Below, in pieces: positions 39,113 through 49,122 of a DNA stretch of 64,000 nt. This DNA is from an uncultured Fibrobacterota bacterium (GTDB lineage: Bacteria; Fibrobacterota; Chitinivibrionia; Chitinivibrionales; FEN-1185). Under the pieces are notes generated by a model. The model worked only from the letters and a program-made list of their open reading frames with translations, ran no database searches and was not told the origin of the DNA. A program made the translations under genes and the position numbers. The stretch is taken from positions 160,001 to 224,000 of the forward strand of contig CAVSQB010000005.1 in the NCBI GenBank assembly GCA_963729895.1, read 5' to 3'. Numbering within the stretch: position 1 is the stretch's first letter; every line of letters begins with the position of its first letter.

Positions 39113-40675
39113 ATGAAGACAAACCAGACAACAAAACCCAATGGAATAGTCGCCCCCGGGTTCCTTGACCGGCTGCACATGCTTCTGTTGATTCCCAGAA
39201 ACTTGATGCTGCGTCTGGCGTGCACCTCTTTTGACGCTTTTTACTGGACATATAAGATACTGCCGCCCGGGTATCTGGAATGGGCAGGCAGGGTAAGGGC
39301 GAGGGCGGCCGCATTGCATGCTGCAAAGGATGTTCCGGCCTATGCCGGTTTTTTGCAGAAAGAAAGATACCGCCAAGGGCACTTTCCGGAAACGGACAAG
39401 GATAAGTACATCAGGGCATTTACGACCGAAGAACGATGTGTGCACGGTGTGCTTCCGGACAAGAACATCATGATAGACGAATCGTCCGGCAGCACTGGAA
39501 TGCCCTATAATTGGATCCGGACCCACAACGAGCGCAAGGAAAGCCAGCTCGCGGTCAGCTATTTCGCCACCTACTGTTTTGGCAGGGAACGATGGATCAC
39601 CATTAATGCGTTTTCCATGGGTGCGTGGGCAACCGGACTTAACATGGGAATCGCGCTTCAGAAAAACAGCATTGTCAAGAATACCGGCCCGGACATTCAG
39701 AAAATCCTGCACACGCTTTCTTTTTTTGGACCGCAATATCCCTATCTTATCGCCGGGTATCCGCCGTTCTTGAAGCATCTGATCGACGAGGCGAGGAACC
39801 GGAATTTCCGTCTTGAAAGCTACCGGTTAAACGGTCTTGTCGGAGGAGAAGGAATGTCGGAAGGCCTGCGCGACTATCTGTTGCAAAGCTTCGGAAAGGT
39901 CTACAGCGGATATGGCGCGACCGACCTGGAGATCGGCATTGCGGGTGAAACGCCGCTGGCGGTTGCCATCAGGCGCGTGGCGTGGAAAAGGCCGGACATT
40001 CGAACGGCGTTATTCGGCGATGATTCCCGTTTGCCGATGCTGTTCCAATATAATCCGCTTATGCATCATATTGAAGTCAACGATAACCGGGAGCTTCTGT
40101 TTACCATAACACGCAGGTCCCTGCTTTCGCCTCGGATCAGGTACAACGTGCATGACCAGGGGGGCATCGCCCGTTTTGACACCATAGAAGAAAAGCTGGT
40201 TTCACTTGGCGTGGACATTTCTTTTCTGCCGGGAGTCGACAGCTCTAGGCTATTGAACCTTCCCTTTGTGTGGGTCTTTGGGAGGCGGGATTACACCATC
40301 AGCGTTATGGGCGCCAATATTTATCCCGAAGATCTGGAGCAATGCCTGTATGCCGAGCCGGAGCTGGCAAAAGCCACCCACTCATTTTGCATGTCGGTAT
40401 CCGAAGGCCCCCAGGCAGAGGTGCGGCCGTGCTTTCTATTCGAAGTCAACACGTCGCCAAGCGAGGCGATGTCGGAAAAATTCAAACGCACAATCCCCGA
40501 ACAGCTCAGGAAAATCAACAACGACTTCAGAGAGGCCTGGAAGGAATACCAGGAAACGCTGGTTCCTGAAATCAAATTGTACGGCATCGGCCAGGGGCCG
40601 TTTGCAAATGATAAGAACAGAATCAAACAGTCCAGGCTTTTCAAGCGGTCGCAGGAAGAACAGGTGAGTGCATGA
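39113..40675 (+). CDS. Divergent PaaK/CapK-like adenylate-forming enzyme
   Basis: DESSGSTG P-loop, YGATD, RIRYNVHDQG, GRRD and GANIYPEDLE; stop overlaps the MMPL start (ATGA). Confidence 0.8.
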   Translation: MKTNQTTKPNGIVAPGFLDRLHMLLLIPRNLMLRLACTSFDAFYWTYKILPPGYLEWAGRVRARAAALHAAKDVPAYAGFLQKERYRQGHFPETDKDKYIRAFTTEERCVHGVLPDKNIMIDESSGSTGMPYNWIRTHNERKESQLAVSYFATYCFGRERWITINAFSMGAWATGLNMGIALQKNSIVKNTGPDIQKILHTLSFFGPQYPYLIAGYPPFLKHLIDEARNRNFRLESYRLNGLVGGEGMSEGLRDYLLQSFGKVYSGYGATDLEIGIAGETPLAVAIRRVAWKRPDIRTALFGDDSRLPMLFQYNPLMHHIEVNDNRELLFTITRRSLLSPRIRYNVHDQGGIARFDTIEEKLVSLGVDISFLPGVDSSRLLNLPFVWVFGRRDYTISVMGANIYPEDLEQCLYAEPELAKATHSFCMSVSEGPQAEVRPCFLFEVNTSPSEAMSEKFKRTIPEQLRKINNDFREAWKEYQETLVPEIKLYGIGQGPFANDKNRIKQSRLFKRSQEEQVSA

Positions 40676-41727
40676 GGAGTCTTGTTGCCTGGGTGCTTTT
40701 CCGCCGCAGGATCGTGATAGCCGTTTGGTGCATGCTCTTCTTAATTTCCGCGGTCTTTTCGGTGCAGCTGAAAAACGTAGTACAGGGCAGCAGCGACATC
40801 ATCCCGAACAGTCCTTCGGACAGGGTTACCAAAGCCATTCAGGCGAAATTCGGGAGCGGCGCCGCGTACACGTTCCCCGTTGTGGTGGCGAGCAAGAGTG
40901 TTGACGCAAATGGGCCGAGGTTTGCCGAGGCGGTAGCGCGGGTTTCGAATGCTTTGTGTCAAGAGGGAATCGCGGTCCACGTCGCTACCGCCTGGAACAC
41001 CGGCTTGCCGGAGCTCATCGGAAAGGACGAGCATTCCGCGCTGCTGCTCGTTACGCCGGGGGTAAAGACCTATTCCGAAACCGAAATGATGGTCCAAACG
41101 ACCCGCGATTGCATAGCAAGCGTCGCGCTGGGACCGGATTTTACGGTTTATGTAACCGGAACCCCGGCAATGTATTACGACATGAATAGGAATTCATCAT
41201 CGGACCTGATCCTGGCTGAGCGTTGGGGGATTCCATTGATATTGATCGTGCTTCTTCTTGTATTTGGCTCGCCGCTGGCCGCCGGCTTGCCCGTTATCCT
41301 TGCACTGGTTTCCATGACGGTCGCGCTGTCCGGTCTTTACGCATTCAGTTTTGTAATGCCGGTGGGGATATTCGCCATGAACGCGGTTTCCATGATCGGT
41401 ATGGGCGTAGGGGTCGACTACTCGCTTTTTATCCTGAGCCGGTTCCGCACCGCGCTCGCCTCGGGCATGACGGTGGAACAGGCCTGCATGGATGCATCTG
41501 TAAAGGCCGGCCGTTCGGTGACGCTTTCCGGGCTTGCCGTCGCACTCGGTTTTTCCGCTCTGTTGCTTGCCCGCGCGCGGTTTCTTCACGCGATTGCATT
41601 CGGAGGGATCATCATTGTTGCCACCGCGGTCGCGGCGAGCGTAAGCCTGCTGCTGGCTATACCCCCGAAAACTTGCTCATTTGAGAAGGGAGTTTTCCGA
41701 GTTATTTTAAACTAACTAGGAGGACTC

Positions 41728-41991
41728 ATGAAAGGCAAGCGCTACAGTGAAGAGCAGATTTTTCGGATCCTGCAAGAGGGCGACCGCGGAGCCAAAGTCG
41801 CTGATCTTTGTCGTCAATATGGTATTTCAGAGAACACGTACTTCCGTTGGAAGAGCAAATACAGCGGACTTGAGCTCTCTGATCTGAAAAGGATGAAGGA
41901 GATCGAGGGCGAAAACAGCCGGCTCAAGCGGATTGTTGCAGACCAGGCACTTCAGATCGATGCAATGAAGGAAGTGCTGCAAAGAAAATAG
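41728..41991 (+). CDS. IS3 transposase OrfA (HTH)
   Basis: MKGKRYSEEQI...YFRWKSKY...ENSRLKR with AGGAGG RBS. Confidence 0.92.
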   Translation: MKGKRYSEEQIFRILQEGDRGAKVADLCRQYGISENTYFRWKSKYSGLELSDLKRMKEIEGENSRLKRIVADQALQIDAMKEVLQRK

Positions 41992-42848
41992 TGAAGCGTC
42001 CTCAGCGTAGGCTGACTGTGGACGCACTAATGCGGCAAGGCCTGAGTCAACGGAAAGCATGCGGACTTCTGGGTATGACACCGGCAGGGTACCGCTATCG
42101 ACCGCAGGAATCGGCTTTGAACAGCGAGTTGAAAACAAAAATGCATGAAACCATTTCATCGTTCCGTTCATGGGGCTTTCCGACGCTTTATTGGTATCTC
42201 CGCAACCTTGGGTACATAGTAAATCACAAACGTGTGCATCGGCTCTACAAGGAAGAATCGCTTCAGAAAAGCAAGCGGAGGAGGCGTCAGAAACGCAATA
42301 GCCAACGGATGCCGTTGACGCTGCCGGATCGGCCAAGCCGTCGCTGGTCAATGGATTTCATATTCGACAGTACTTCCGACAAGCGCAAGCTGAAATGCCT
42401 GAATGTTGTCGATGACTGCACCCGTGAGGCTCTTGCAATCAAGGTAGCACGTTCTATTCCAGCACTAGGAGTCTGCCAAGTTCTAGACCACCTGGTGGCC
42501 AGGTACGGAAAGCCGGAAGCTCTGTTGACTGATAACGGCCCGGAATTCCGGAGCAAAGAACTCATGCTCTGGGCAATACGAAACCAGGTAAGGCAGGAAT
42601 TCATTCAGCCCGGCAAGCCCAGCCAGAATGCTTTTGTAGAATCATTCAATTCGATATTCAGGGACCAATGCTTGAATGAAAACTGGTTCATCTCATTAGA
42701 GGACGCAGAAAGAATAATCGAACATTGGAAGAACATTTACAACCGGATACGGCCACACGGATCACTAAAGGGGAAAACACCTGAAGAATACAGAGGTCAA
42801 TTCAAAGAGAAAACTCCCATTTCGACTGAGAAAGTAATTGGGGTATAG
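41991..42848 (+). CDS. IS3 transposase OrfB (rve DDE), in the -1 frame relative to OrfA
   Basis: WSMDF, DNGPEF and PGKPSQNAFVESFN motifs; the GTG start overlaps the OrfA TAG after an A-rich tract. Confidence 0.92.
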   Translation: MKRPQRRLTVDALMRQGLSQRKACGLLGMTPAGYRYRPQESALNSELKTKMHETISSFRSWGFPTLYWYLRNLGYIVNHKRVHRLYKEESLQKSKRRRRQKRNSQRMPLTLPDRPSRRWSMDFIFDSTSDKRKLKCLNVVDDCTREALAIKVARSIPALGVCQVLDHLVARYGKPEALLTDNGPEFRSKELMLWAIRNQVRQEFIQPGKPSQNAFVESFNSIFRDQCLNENWFISLEDAERIIEHWKNIYNRIRPHGSLKGKTPEEYRGQFKEKTPISTEKVIGV

Positions 42849-44352
42849 CCACTGCCTGTTATCCTTTTCGAACTCGGCCCAAGAATACACTGGCCTTTCA
42901 GGGGTAATGGAGGGTTCTTATCCGGAAAGGGGTTCGGCGGCGCCTGGGAAAACTGGATTACTTCAGTCATGAAGCGTCCTGCACTGTTTGCCGCTATCGG
43001 GTCGGCAGTGCTGGTTGCCTTAATTGTGCCTGTATTCAATATGCGGTTATGGGACTTTGGATGCGGCAATCTTGACTCGGCCATGGAATCCCGGAAGGGC
43101 TTTGAAGAGCTTGAAAGGAACTTCGGAAAAGGGTGGATGGGGCCGGTGATTCTTTTCATCGAAAGCAAGAATGGGACGAGCGTATGGTCGAAAAAATCCA
43201 GGGAAGCAATACGTTCTTTAGCGGACAAACTCGGCCGCGACGAAAGGGTTTTCCTGGTGCAGGGATTTGCCTGCATGCTGACACGCCTGGGACCCGCGCA
43301 GGAAATGATCGACTCCGTCAAAGATCTTCCCCCGGAACTCGTGAAGGGGAGTTCTTCAGCCGTAAGCTCCGACGGTTCCTCGGCCCTCGTCATGCTGGTA
43401 ACGAAGGGCCCTCCAGAGGACGGGGAAGTGATGAAATGGGTTGACAGCCTTTGTCAAGAATCGTGGGAAGACATGCAACGGGCGGGACTGCGCGTCTCCG
43501 TTGGCGGCGTTTCAGCCATGGTTTCCGATTTTGACAAAGAAATGTTTGGAAGCCTGTGGCGGATAATTCCGGTGGTCCTCGTCATTACCTTTGTCGTTCT
43601 TATGGTATACTTCAGGTCGCTGATCATTCCTTTTAAGGCGCTGGTTCTTAACCTGTTCTCCGTGCTCGCATCCTATGGATTTCTGGTACTAGTTTTTCAA
43701 AACGGGGTCATCGCACGGTTTTTTGGAATAGATCCGCCTGGTGGATTGTCCTCGTTCATCGTTCTTATGCTGTTCACCATACTTTTCGGATTATCAATTG
43801 ATTACGAGATATTCCTCATGAGTAGCATTAAGGATGAATATGAGCGAACCAATGATAATTCTTTGGCAGTGGTGCAAGGACTTAAGAACTGCGGCGGAAT
43901 CATCAGTTGTGCTGCCCTTATCATGGTATGTTTGTTTGCTTCGTTCGGGTTTACCAGACTCATTGCCACCCGCGAGTTCGGCTTGGGGCTGGCGTTTGCG
44001 GTTTTTGTGGATGCCACTCTGATACGCGTCATTCTTGTTCCTGTTTTCATGAAATTAATCGGGAAGGCAAACTGGTGGTTCCCGGCATGGTTTTCAAAGG
44101 CGCTGAGGTAAATCGGCATCTCCGTAGAAGAGCACAGACCGGGGTCATTATCAACGGTCAACCCTTGAGCGCCAACATTGCGCACGGTCTTTGAAACAGC
44201 GGCAAGTCGCGGTTGATCTGCCTCTTATTCCGCTTGAACCCACCATCCCGTGCCATCTTTATATTGTTAAGCATTATTTGCGGCTGGTATTTTCATGGTA
44301 TGCCTCGCGCAAGACCGTAGTATGCTGGCAAAAACAATGGAAGGAGACTCGC

Positions 44353-44808
44353 ATGAATTCGCTCCCTAAAATTGGTGGCATCTATCCTGCAAGAAGAGCG
44401 ATAACTCTGCTTGATGAGTTCAAGGCCTTTGCTTTCAAGGGAAATGTCATCGACATGGCGGTTGGGGTCATCATAGGCGCAGCGTTCGGGAAGATCATCG
44501 ATTCATTCGTAAAACACATAATGATGCCGGTAATCGGTTTGCTTCTTCCCACCAACCAAGGCTATCTCGGCTGGAAGCTGGTGGTGGGCGCAAAAGAAGT
44601 GCCCTACGGCCTGTTTATCGGGGAAGCGATGAATTTCCTGATAATTGCGGCAGTGCTGTTCGTCTTTGTAGTCAAGTTCCTGGGATTTCTCACCACATTC
44701 AGGCAGAAAGAAACAGCTGCGCAACCGGCGCTTACCACAGAGGAACAGCTCTTAACGGAGATTCGTGATCTGTTGCAGGCCCAAGATAAAGCCGTAACGG
44801 GTAAGTAA
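44353..44808 (+). CDS. mscL: Large-conductance mechanosensitive channel
   Basis: EFKAFAFKGNVIDMAVGVIIGAAF and LLTEIRDLL motifs; AAGGAG RBS. Confidence 0.95.
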   Translation: MNSLPKIGGIYPARRAITLLDEFKAFAFKGNVIDMAVGVIIGAAFGKIIDSFVKHIMMPVIGLLLPTNQGYLGWKLVVGAKEVPYGLFIGEAMNFLIIAAVLFVFVVKFLGFLTTFRQKETAAQPALTTEEQLLTEIRDLLQAQDKAVTGK

Positions 44809-44850
44809 TGGCAGTGCTCCCATGCTATGTCTTGCGTTCGTAAAGAACTC

Positions 44851-45495
44851 TCAATCTCCGTACAATGCTTTGAGCGCATCAACGGTCGGGTGTCCGGCGT
44901 AAAATTCACCCTGCGGCCCGATATACCCGTTCTTATGTTTTATCAGCCTTACGGGCGTAAATCCTCCTTTTGAATTCGGGATATTTATCATTGTCGTGTC
45001 TTTTGACGCCAAGTTCGGCTGGGTTTGCAGCGCCCTGGAAACAGGCGCTTGGACCTGATCCGTTGCCGACGCAACCGGCGCTGATGCGGCATCATTTGCA
45101 ACAGGTTCCGGCACAACGACATAGCCGCCGCTCGAATAGGGACTAAAGTAGTATCCGCCTGAATAGTAATACGGGGCCCCATCGACAACGACCGTGGTGT
45201 AATCGTCTGGGAGGTAGGCAACATAAGCCCCTATGTAAGGCGTAAAACCATACCAATAGGGCCAATACGGCCCGCCCGAATAATAGCCGTAACCATGATT
45301 ATAACCGGAATGATAGCCGTAACCACCTCCCCGAAACCCTCCGTAGCCGCCGCCGTGATATCCACCGCCGCTCCTGGCAGATGAACCACCGCGTGACCCG
45401 CCGCCCCAGGCAGATGCGTCGACTGGGGCCAGGATTACCATGAGACCCAGCCCGACAATTACCCCATATTTTAAGCACGAAGTTTTGTTTTTCAT
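44851..45495 (-). CDS. Secreted Gly/Tyr-rich protein (DUF6515-like)
   Basis: Signal peptide, GGYHGGGYG low-complexity region and LPDDYTTVVVDGAPYYY...YVVVP. Confidence 0.7.
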   Translation of the reverse strand: MKNKTSCLKYGVIVGLGLMVILAPVDASAWGGGSRGGSSARSGGGYHGGGYGGFRGGGYGYHSGYNHGYGYYSGGPYWPYWYGFTPYIGAYVAYLPDDYTTVVVDGAPYYYSGGYYFSPYSSGGYVVVPEPVANDAASAPVASATDQVQAPVSRALQTQPNLASKDTTMINIPNSKGGFTPVRLIKHKNGYIGPQGEFYAGHPTVDALKALYGD

Positions 45496-45730
45496 ATGGT
45501 CTCCTTTACTCAATTATATATTATACTTCAAGAGAGAGAAAAAAGTTACAGAAAAACAGACCGAGTCTGGATTATGGCATCATCGATCAAACCAATTCGA
45601 AGTGCTGTACTGGAGATACCGTCTCAACCGGCAATAACGGGGCAAGATAGTTCAACAAAAAAAACCCGGTCTCCTAAGAGAGAAGGGGCCTTTTTTGCTA
45701 TGGGAAAGAGGTCAAGTGCAACGAGAATGG

Positions 45731-46429
45731 TCACCAGCACTTTTGTTTTGACTTCCAACGGTCGTCCCATTTCCTGAGCCACGCTGAAAGCTCTCCGGAT
45801 GCCTTGCAAATCTTATTGTCCTGAAAATCGACATAGGTGAGGCTTTTCATTTTTATGAGGCTCCCGGGCAGCGTGATGAGCTTATTGCTGGAGAGGTACA
45901 ATTGCTTGAGCCCGGCGAGTTTCCCGATGCTCTCGGGAATCGACGCAAAATTGTTGCTGGAAAGCTTGAGCACCCGGAGGTGATTAAGCGAAAATAGTTC
46001 CTTGGGCAGTTGCGAAAGCTGGTTGTTGCGGAGGTCAAGTTCCTGAAGTGCACCCAGTTTTCCCATCTCGGGAGGCAGTTCTTCAATCTGGTTGTATTGG
46101 AGGTCGAGCGTCGCAAGTGCGGTGAGCGATGCGAGTTCCGGAGGCAGGGAGACGATTTCGTTGCGGGCAAAGTGCAGTTCCTTGAGCGCGCTGAGCTTAC
46201 GGATCTCCGGCGGTATGCTCTTTATTCCCCCCTTTTCCATTTCCTTGTTGGTAAGGTCCAGGAAAACGATCCGGCCTTCCGCATTGGTCTTGCACACGCT
46301 TTCCACCGTGACGTCGGTGCGGCCGGCGCTGTCGAGGATGGCGCGCACCACAGCCATTTCGTCGGGCTTGCTCTGCGCGAACGCCGACGCGACCGCCGCC
46401 ACACAGAGTAGAAAGGCTGTTTTTTTCAT
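45731..46429 (-). CDS. Secreted leucine-rich repeat protein
   Basis: Signal peptide and about six 23-aa LxxLxLxxNxLxxLP repeats. Confidence 0.9.
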   Translation of the reverse strand: MKKTAFLLCVAAVASAFAQSKPDEMAVVRAILDSAGRTDVTVESVCKTNAEGRIVFLDLTNKEMEKGGIKSIPPEIRKLSALKELHFARNEIVSLPPELASLTALATLDLQYNQIEELPPEMGKLGALQELDLRNNQLSQLPKELFSLNHLRVLKLSSNNFASIPESIGKLAGLKQLYLSSNKLITLPGSLIKMKSLTYVDFQDNKICKASGELSAWLRKWDDRWKSKQKCW

Positions 46430-46552
46430 ATGGTCCTCCATGCCGAAACGGTTTCAATTATGCCATTTGTAAAGGTGGTTAATAATATACTACTAAGGCG
46501 GGCCAAAGTCAAATCAGCTTCGCCGGGCCGGTTTTCTGCGGCCTTGTGCGTC

Positions 46553-47209
46553 CTACTTCGCCGCTTTGACGTTCACAAGCGTCCTGAGGACTTCCAGGGG
46601 AACAAAGCCGTCGAAACGTGTGCCGTTGAGGTAGATGGTGGGCGTTCCCGCTATCCGCATCTTCGTTCCTGACTCTACCTGACCCGCAATGGCGGAAGTG
46701 TACGTGCCTGCGCCCAGACATTGCTCAAAGGAGGAGACGTCGAGACCAAGCCGCCGGGCCACTGTGACGAATGTTTCATTTGTCAAGTCATCTTTGAGCC
46801 CGAACACGGCATCGGAATATTCCCAGAATTTTCCCTGCTGCCCGGCGCATTCCGAAGCTTCTGCAGCTCTCCGAGCAAGGGAGTGGTTGTCGAGCGGGAA
46901 GTGACGGTACACCCAGCGAATATCGGTTTCTTTCATGAGTGTGTTCATGGATTGATGAAATTGAGCGCAAAACGGGCATTGAAAATCCGCATATTCTATG
47001 AGGGTGTATTTGGCGTCCTGCTTACCGCGGACATGGTCGGTGGAAAGAACCTTGGGCGCCGGCAGGAGCGCAACTTGCATCCCGGCAAGGACATTAGGAA
47101 ATTGCTGTCGTACGATGAGGATACCGTTGGTGATGATGCTGAGAATCAGGAGGACAAGGAGAAACTTCTTTGAAAAGATCTCTGTTCTGTTCGAACCCGC
47201 TGTTTTCAT
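46553..47209 (-). CDS. DsbA-family membrane-anchored thiol-disulfide oxidoreductase
   Basis: N-terminal TM helix; EYADFQCPFC, YRHFPL, ASECA and GTPT motifs. Confidence 0.9.
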   Translation of the reverse strand: MKTAGSNRTEIFSKKFLLVLLILSIITNGILIVRQQFPNVLAGMQVALLPAPKVLSTDHVRGKQDAKYTLIEYADFQCPFCAQFHQSMNTLMKETDIRWVYRHFPLDNHSLARRAAEASECAGQQGKFWEYSDAVFGLKDDLTNETFVTVARRLGLDVSSFEQCLGAGTYTSAIAGQVESGTKMRIAGTPTIYLNGTRFDGFVPLEVLRTLVNVKAAK

Positions 47210-47378
47210 GGTTGCACCTCAAAAAGCAAAATCGCTGGACGGAAGCCGGCCTGACTTGAATAAGACGCCGCCCATGCGTTCCCGCCCCACTTGGGGCGGA
47301 GGTTCTTTGAAAAGAGTTGAAATGAAAGGACACAACACGTTCGGTGTGTCCATAAGGCGGTCTGGTCGGTGATTCCCA

Positions 47379-47654
47379 CTATCCGCTGCAATAATCGTAA
47401 TAGGTGCACGGAGGGTTGGTGGGGATGCTCTGGTAGCACTTGCCTGAAGCGCTTCCGGTATTGCAATGATACGGGTAACCGTTGGGGCAACATTTTTGTG
47501 AACTGCTGCAAGCGGTATAGCCGGACGAGCAACTCGCGGCGGCGAGAGGATTGACGCCGCCGATGCAGGCAACCAGGAACAGGCCCAGAACAGGTAAAGC
47601 GAGGAGTGCACGTACACAAAGCCGAAGCATGGACTTGCAGTTTGAATTCGCCAT
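47379..47654 (-). CDS. Small exported cysteine-rich peptide (8 Cys in the mature region)
   Basis: GGAG RBS, hydrophobic signal with LVAC and AAA processing options, and a C-x6-C-x5-CC-x7-C-x8-C-x9-C-x5-C core. Confidence 0.75.
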   Translation of the reverse strand: MANSNCKSMLRLCVRALLALPVLGLFLVACIGGVNPLAAASCSSGYTACSSSQKCCPNGYPYHCNTGSASGKCYQSIPTNPPCTYYDYCSG

Positions 47655-48001
47655 AACGGGTGTCTCCGATCCTTAGATGGTTGATAATTGTTCTTTCGGG
47701 AGCGGCCGGCGACAGTGATGCGTTTTCTTTACAGACTCCATAGTTCCCCGCCGGGAACCGCAAGATGGCCGCCGCCTGGGGCAACCCTCACTTGAGATTA
47801 TACGGTTTCCGCAGGTTCATGTCAACCCTACCGAAACAAACCGCACTGTTTTCCGGCGGGTGCGACAAAACAGAAATTGTAGCCCGCAACTCCGGCCAAC
47901 GCTCACCCGGAGCATTTGCCAAATGTCCACGGTCTGTAGAAGCGCCTTGGACGGGCTGCGGTTCGGAGGGGCGGACCGGCGGCATTTTCTTCGACGAGAC
48001 C

Positions 48002-48032
48002 AAAAGAAGCGCGGCCGATACACGGCCGCGCT
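48002..48032 (-). terminator. Rho-independent terminator after the DUF2846-like gene
   Basis: AGCGCGGCCG-TGTAT-CGGCCGCGCT followed by TCTTTT on the minus strand. Confidence 0.7.
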
Positions 48033-48059
48033 CGCGTGAGACAATCTTTTGTGCTGATT

Positions 48060-48641
48060 TCAGTAGCCCGGGTACTCGGATTCCTTCTTTGCATCCGCAG
48101 CATTTTTGGGATCGGACGCCCATTTGTCGTAATCGCTCTTGACATCGGCAAAGTCCTTGGCATCCATATCTTTTTCGTCTTTGTCCTCGGGGTTTTGCTG
48201 TACCCAGCTGATTTTGCCTTTTTCAGATTCGATCTTCTGGGTGGCCGACGCACCGTCCATCGGCGCAAAGGTGCTTGTATTGATTGTGACGACGCTCGAA
48301 ATTGTCACTACCGTGTGCTGGATGAAATAGATCTTGCCCGCTGCGAAATTGAACTTGACCTTGGATTTGTTTGTCGCGTCGCCGATAATCACATGTTCAC
48401 CGGGATCGACCGGGAAGGTGAGCATGGTGTTTCCTTCGGTGCCGCCCACGTATTTCTGGTCGCAGTAGATCGGGACAAAAACGTTACCCATGAAGGCCAT
48501 GGGACGGATGATGACGCACAGCGCCTTGTCCGGAATCGGCTTGAGTTCCGGCAGGGTTTTATTGTAAATCAACTTGGGAACGCAACCGGCTATGAAGATG
48601 AGAGACACTGTTGCGACTGCCGCCATGCACGCGCGCTTCAT
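48060..48641 (-). CDS. DUF2846-like lipoprotein
   Basis: GGAGG RBS, lipobox IAGC, and KALCVIIRP, VDPGEH and AGKIYFI motifs. Confidence 0.7.
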   Translation of the reverse strand: MKRACMAAVATVSLIFIAGCVPKLIYNKTLPELKPIPDKALCVIIRPMAFMGNVFVPIYCDQKYVGGTEGNTMLTFPVDPGEHVIIGDATNKSKVKFNFAAGKIYFIQHTVVTISSVVTINTSTFAPMDGASATQKIESEKGKISWVQQNPEDKDEKDMDAKDFADVKSDYDKWASDPKNAADAKKESEYPGY

Positions 48642-49122
48642 GGAACCTCCGATACCGTCGTTCGTCGAAATAGTCAACAAAAACCAGACCATGATAAATA
48701 GTATCTGCCATGCCAAAGAAAAAGAAATAGACTTGTGAAAGAACGATCGTCCCTGGAGCGGGTCTCTGCTGCGCGTTCCACGCCCCGCAGTGAAGTCTCC
48801 CTCGTTGCCCGGGGCGGACCGGCCCGGAGAAATTGAAGGAGCAGCCGGCCGCTTATCGCCGCATTTGACAGGAAGCTCAAAAGACCGTATACTTTCAAGA
48901 GAGGCAGGTGGCGGGAAATCAAACGTGTGGTTAGCACAAGGTGCATGATGATTGGCTTCAAGAGTCCGCTCGCAGTTCTGTTCTGGCTTTCGATAAGCAT
49001 GGCCTCACCCCACGATGTCGACATACTACAATCGGGAACGGAAAATTGGAATAAATGGAGAGCACAAAACCCGGGCGTCAAACCTGACTTTGCGGGAGCG
49101 GACCTGCGGCTGGCCGACCTAG

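Larger units (their letters stand above)
41654..42851 (+). mobile_element. IS3-family insertion sequence (IS407-like), 1198 bp
   Basis: 5'-TGGCTATACCCC...GGGGTATAGCCA-3' ends with imperfect ~38-bp IRs. 4-bp CTGC duplication at 41650-41653 and 42852-42855. Confidence 0.93.
40672..44111 (+). pseudogene. MMPL (RND-superfamily) transporter interrupted by IS3
   Basis: N half has GVGVDYSLF and C half has FGLSIDYEIF and DATLIR. Removing 41654-42855 (IS plus one CTGC) restores VSLLPVILFELG...SVMKRP, 745 aa in total. Confidence 0.92.

Noticed and set aside
47362..47371. 10-bp match to the tRNA-Pro 3' end as a second att site
   Set aside because: Too short to distinguish from chance, and no integrase is present.
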